A stretch of DNA of 64,000 nt from Thermodesulfobacteriota bacterium (GTDB lineage: Bacteria; Desulfobacterota_D; UBA1144; Nemesobacterales; Nemesobacteraceae). Below the pieces are notes generated by a model. The model did no database searches. It worked only from the letters and a program-made list of their open reading frames with translations, and was not told the origin of the DNA. Positions 60,585-64,000 of the stretch are shown here, piece by piece. How positions within the stretch are numbered: position 1 is the first letter of the stretch; every line of letters begins with the position of its first letter. The stretch covers positions 1,120,001-1,184,000 of the forward strand of contig OZ241855.1 of assembly GCA_965202785.1 (NCBI GenBank), given 5' to 3'. Both the position numbers and the translations under genes were made by a program.

Positions 60585-63344
60585 CTAACCGAGAAGCGGT
60601 CTCAGATGTTCTCCCGTGTAGGAGTTTTTTACAGAAGCAACCTGCTCCGGAGTGCCGGAAGCCACTATGCGTCCCCCGTTGTCTCCTCCCTCAGGTCCGA
60701 GGTCAACTACATAATCCGCGCATTTTATCATCTCAAGGTTGTGCTCTATGACTATTACATTGTTGCCGGCGTCGACAAGCCTGTTAAGAACGTCGAGGAG
60801 TTTTCCTATGTCGTCGATGTGAAGTCCGACCGTGGGCTCGTCAAGAATGTAGAGGATGTTGTTTTTTTCTTTTTTCGAGAGTTCCCTGGCTATCTTTATT
60901 CTCTGCGCCTCTCCTCCCGACAGCGTCGTTGCGGGCTGTCCGAGTCTCAGGTAACCGCATCCGACATCCTTTAGAATCTTGAGTTTCCTGGTAACGGCCG
61001 GGCTTCCCGAGAAGAAATCCATAGCCTGATCGACGGTGAGGTTAAGTATGTCGTCTATGCTTTTCCCCTTGTATCTGTAGGCCAGAACCTCTTTTCCGAA
61101 CCTTTTGCCCCCGCATTCCTCGCACGTCACCATGACGTCGGCGAGAAAGTGCATCTCGACCCTGTGGCTTCCCTCGCCCATACATTTCTCGCAGCGGCCT
61201 CCCCTCACGTTGAAGGAAAAATGTGACGGGGTGAGCTTGCGGAGTTTAGCCTGATAGTGTCCGGCGAGGATTTTGCGTATGTCGTCGTAAACCTTTATGT
61301 AAGTGGCGGGATTTGATCTTGAGGTTCTTCCTATGCTCGCCTGATCAAGAATTATCACGTCGTCTATATGCTCTGTGCCTTCTATGCGTTCGTGTTTTCC
61401 GACCCTTTCAGTTTTCCTTCTGAATTTTCTCAGAAGGGCGTTATACAGGATGTCGTTTACAAGCGAGCTTTTGCCCGAACCCGATACCCCGGTTACACAC
61501 GTGAGAGTTCCAAGGGGGAAGCGGACGTCTATGTTCTTAAGGTTGTTTTCGCTCGCGCCGATTACGTTTATTGAATTGCCTGTGGTCTTTCTGCGGGAAC
61601 CGGGAACTTCTATTTTCTTTTCGTTTGCGAGGTATTTCTTCGTGGTTGAGTTTTTCGCCGAACGCAGAAAACTCTTCAGGGTCCCCTGATACACGACTTC
61701 TCCCCCGCCGTCTCCCGCCCGGGGACCAAGTTCCACTATATAGTCAGCGGACTTTACGGTGTCAAGATCGTGCTCTATGAGTATGATGGTGTTATTTCTT
61801 CCCCGCAGATCTCTTATCAGCGAATTGAGCCGGTTCATGTCCCTTGCGTGCAGACCGATCGAGGGTTCGTCCAAAATATACAGGGTCTCGGTAAGCCGCG
61901 AACTCATCTGACAGGCAAGGTTTATCCTCTGCGCTTCTCCGCCCGAGAGGGTGCGGGTGAGCCTCGAGAGAGTCAGGTAATCGAGTCCCACGTGGATAAG
62001 AAAGTCCAGCCGTGAGTTTATTTCCTTCATTATGTCGGAAGCAATCTCCAGTTCATGAGCGGACAGGGTCAAGCAGTTAGACCAGGATTTTAGATCCTTT
62101 ACGGACATCTGGGAGAGATGGAATATGTTTTTCCCTTCTATACGCACGTTAAGCGCTTTTTCCTTGAGTCTGCTTCCTCCGCAGTCCTCGCAGGTAAAGG
62201 CGGAACGGTATCTCGAGAGAAAAACTCTTATGTGGGTTTTGTAATTTTTCCGCTCAAGCCTTTTGAAATATCCTTTCACGCCGTGGTAATAATCGTTTCC
62301 GTTTAAGACTAGGCTTTTCTCCCTTGCCGAAAGTTCCGAGAAGGGCTTTTCCGTGTCTATTTCCACCTCCTCGGCGAAGGCAAGCAGCTTTCTCATCTGC
62401 CTTCTGTAGGAAGTTTTCGTAAAAGGTTCTATCGCTCCTTCGGCGAGGCTGAGACTGGGGTCCGGAACGAGGAGTTCGGGGTCGATTTCAAGGTTTCTTC
62501 CGAATCCGCTGCATCGCTCGCAGGCCCCGTAGGGGCTGTTAAAGGAAAATGTGTTCGGGATGGGTTTTTCAAACGCAATGTCGCAAACATCACAGCGAAG
62601 TTCTCTTGAGAAACGCAGGCTCTGCCCTGAAACGATGTGTACAAACGCCCGGCTGCTTTCGGAAAAAGCAGCTTCGAGTGCTTCTGTAATTCTTGATTTC
62701 GACCGCTTGCCTATAATGGTTCTCGCGGTGACTATCTGGGTCTTTGCGTCCGGGTCTCCCATGCTTTCTTCCATCTCCCGGGTTTTTCCGTCCCGGTAGG
62801 TGCGCGAGTAGCCTTTTTTCATGTATTGCGAGAGATCTGCGCCCTCTTCGGTCTCAAAGCAGATGACGGCTCTTTTCTCCGGGAATTTTTCGAGCAGCAG
62901 GCGAGTGAGGGACTGGGGAGAGTGCTCAATCACTTCTTCTTCACATCCTGGGCAGCGGGTTTTTCCGATTTTCGCGAACAGAAGTCTCATGTAGTCGTAT
63001 ATTTCGGTTGTGGTGCCTACTGTGGAACGGGAATTTATGACATTGTTTCGGCTTTCAATAGCTATCGGGGTTGGAAGACCTTCTATGTCGTCCATCGCGG
63101 GGCGCTCGACTTTCTCTATGAACTGTCTTGCGTAGGTTGAAAGGCAGTCGATGTACCTTCTGAGTCCTTCCTTGTAAACGGTGTCAAGCACGAGGGATGA
63201 CTTGCCCGAACCGCTGAGACCAGTCACCACCGTGAATCTGTTCTGAGGGATTCGGACGTCTATGTTCTTCAGGTTGTTTTCCCTGGCGCCTTTTATCTCT
63301 ATGTATCCGTTTCGTTTCTCGGTCTTCGCCATTACAGTGGCCAC
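60585..63344 (-). CDS. uvrA: Excinuclease ABC subunit A (UvrA family, probably a second paralog)
   Basis: Two ABC cassettes (GLSGSGKSS, GVSGSGKSS, LSGGEAQR twice) and zinc fingers. Confidence 0.93.
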   Translation of the reverse strand: MATVMAKTEKRNGYIEIKGARENNLKNIDVRIPQNRFTVVTGLSGSGKSSLVLDTVYKEGLRRYIDCLSTYARQFIEKVERPAMDDIEGLPTPIAIESRNNVINSRSTVGTTTEIYDYMRLLFAKIGKTRCPGCEEEVIEHSPQSLTRLLLEKFPEKRAVICFETEEGADLSQYMKKGYSRTYRDGKTREMEESMGDPDAKTQIVTARTIIGKRSKSRITEALEAAFSESSRAFVHIVSGQSLRFSRELRCDVCDIAFEKPIPNTFSFNSPYGACERCSGFGRNLEIDPELLVPDPSLSLAEGAIEPFTKTSYRRQMRKLLAFAEEVEIDTEKPFSELSAREKSLVLNGNDYYHGVKGYFKRLERKNYKTHIRVFLSRYRSAFTCEDCGGSRLKEKALNVRIEGKNIFHLSQMSVKDLKSWSNCLTLSAHELEIASDIMKEINSRLDFLIHVGLDYLTLSRLTRTLSGGEAQRINLACQMSSRLTETLYILDEPSIGLHARDMNRLNSLIRDLRGRNNTIILIEHDLDTVKSADYIVELGPRAGDGGGEVVYQGTLKSFLRSAKNSTTKKYLANEKKIEVPGSRRKTTGNSINVIGASENNLKNIDVRFPLGTLTCVTGVSGSGKSSLVNDILYNALLRKFRRKTERVGKHERIEGTEHIDDVIILDQASIGRTSRSNPATYIKVYDDIRKILAGHYQAKLRKLTPSHFSFNVRGGRCEKCMGEGSHRVEMHFLADVMVTCEECGGKRFGKEVLAYRYKGKSIDDILNLTVDQAMDFFSGSPAVTRKLKILKDVGCGYLRLGQPATTLSGGEAQRIKIARELSKKEKNNILYILDEPTVGLHIDDIGKLLDVLNRLVDAGNNVIVIEHNLEMIKCADYVVDLGPEGGDNGGRIVASGTPEQVASVKNSYTGEHLRPLLG

Positions 63345-63599
63345 TTCCCGTGTTTATCTTCTCCCAGAAGAATTTTCCGTTACATCGATCAGCGTTTATA
63401 ACGAAATTGAGGTTTCCGGGGCATTCGGTATTCTTTTCCTCGGGAAAGATGAATATCCCGTGGCTTCTCACTTTAAATTTACACAATTATCGTGTGACTT
63501 TTTTCCGGAATGCTGGATTACCGACGGGTCGCCGTGCCGGACGGCGCTTGGTCCAGAGGGGCCATCTTCTAAATACTTTTCTTGTTTCGAGGTGAACAG

Positions 63600-64000
63600 A
63601 TGAGTCATCTAATGGGGGTTGATGAGCAGATAGCGGAAGTTGTCCGCATGGAAACGCAGCGCCAGGAATGGAAGCTCGAGATGATAGCGTCCGAGAACTA
63701 CGTGAGCGACGCCGTCATGGAGGCCATGGGGTCTGTGCTTACTAACAAGTATGCTGAAGGGCTCCCCGGAAGGCGTTATTACGGGGGATGCGAATTCGTT
63801 GACGTGGCCGAGGACCTTGCGCGCGAGAGGGCCCTTGAGCTTTTCGGGGCGGACGCCGTTAATGTGCAGCCGCACTCGGGCGCCCAGGCGAACATGGCCG
63901 TGTTTTTCGCCGCTCTTAAGCCTGGAGAGACGGTTTTGGGCATGAGGCTTGACCACGGAGGACATCTTACCCACGGACACCCCGTTAATTTTTCGGGACG
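63600..64000 (+). CDS. glyA: Serine hydroxymethyltransferase (3' end outside window; not in ORF track)
   Basis: Hand translation: [43 protein letters not shown]; GAGGTG RBS. Confidence 0.96.
   Translation, partial: MSHLMGVDEQIAEVVRMETQRQEWKLEMIASENYVSDAVMEAMGSVLTNKYAEGLPGRRYYGGCEFVDVAEDLARERALELFGADAVNVQPHSGAQANMAVFFAALKPGETVLGMRLDHGGHLTHGHPVNFSG

Noticed and set aside
63480-63599. ZTP or glycine riboswitch upstream of glyA
   Set aside because: A GCCGT/ACGGC hairpin and GTGACT are present, but GACTGGCG...CGCCTGGG and the glycine aptamer cores are absent

Overview
A 64-kb bacterial chromosome segment, mostly housekeeping genes: guaA (partial), coaX, tsaD, thiC, carB, greA, lspA, ribE, aroK, degP-like, mutL, efp, mqnC, hisD, hisC, lnt, lgt, tolB, rplU, rpmA, alaS, an RpoH-family sigma factor, tRNA-Asn, a uvrA paralog and glyA (partial). 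Gene content and protein style suggest a deltaproteobacteria-like lineage such as Ca. Dadabacteria; this is inference only. Small accessory islets sit between the core genes. No integrase, transposase, CRISPR array or rRNA was seen. The main structural signal is that several islets are bracketed by a duplicated copy of the neighbouring core gene's 3' end: efp (30/37 nt), the hisC/lnt junction (39/41 nt) and tsaD (40/44 nt). Notable cargo: (1) an AbiEi plus AbiEii-WYL type IV toxin-antitoxin/Abi pair; (2) a modular surface protein with a G11 tract that puts its upstream start out of frame and a 10-nt frameshifting insertion; (3) a cNMP-cNMP-acyltransferase-SGNH fusion protein; (4) an intergenic region with a candidate sRNA and a second multi-hairpin RNA candidate; (5) a decayed DUF488/nuclease/MNT-HEPN islet. 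All family assignments come from motifs recognised by eye, not from database searches.
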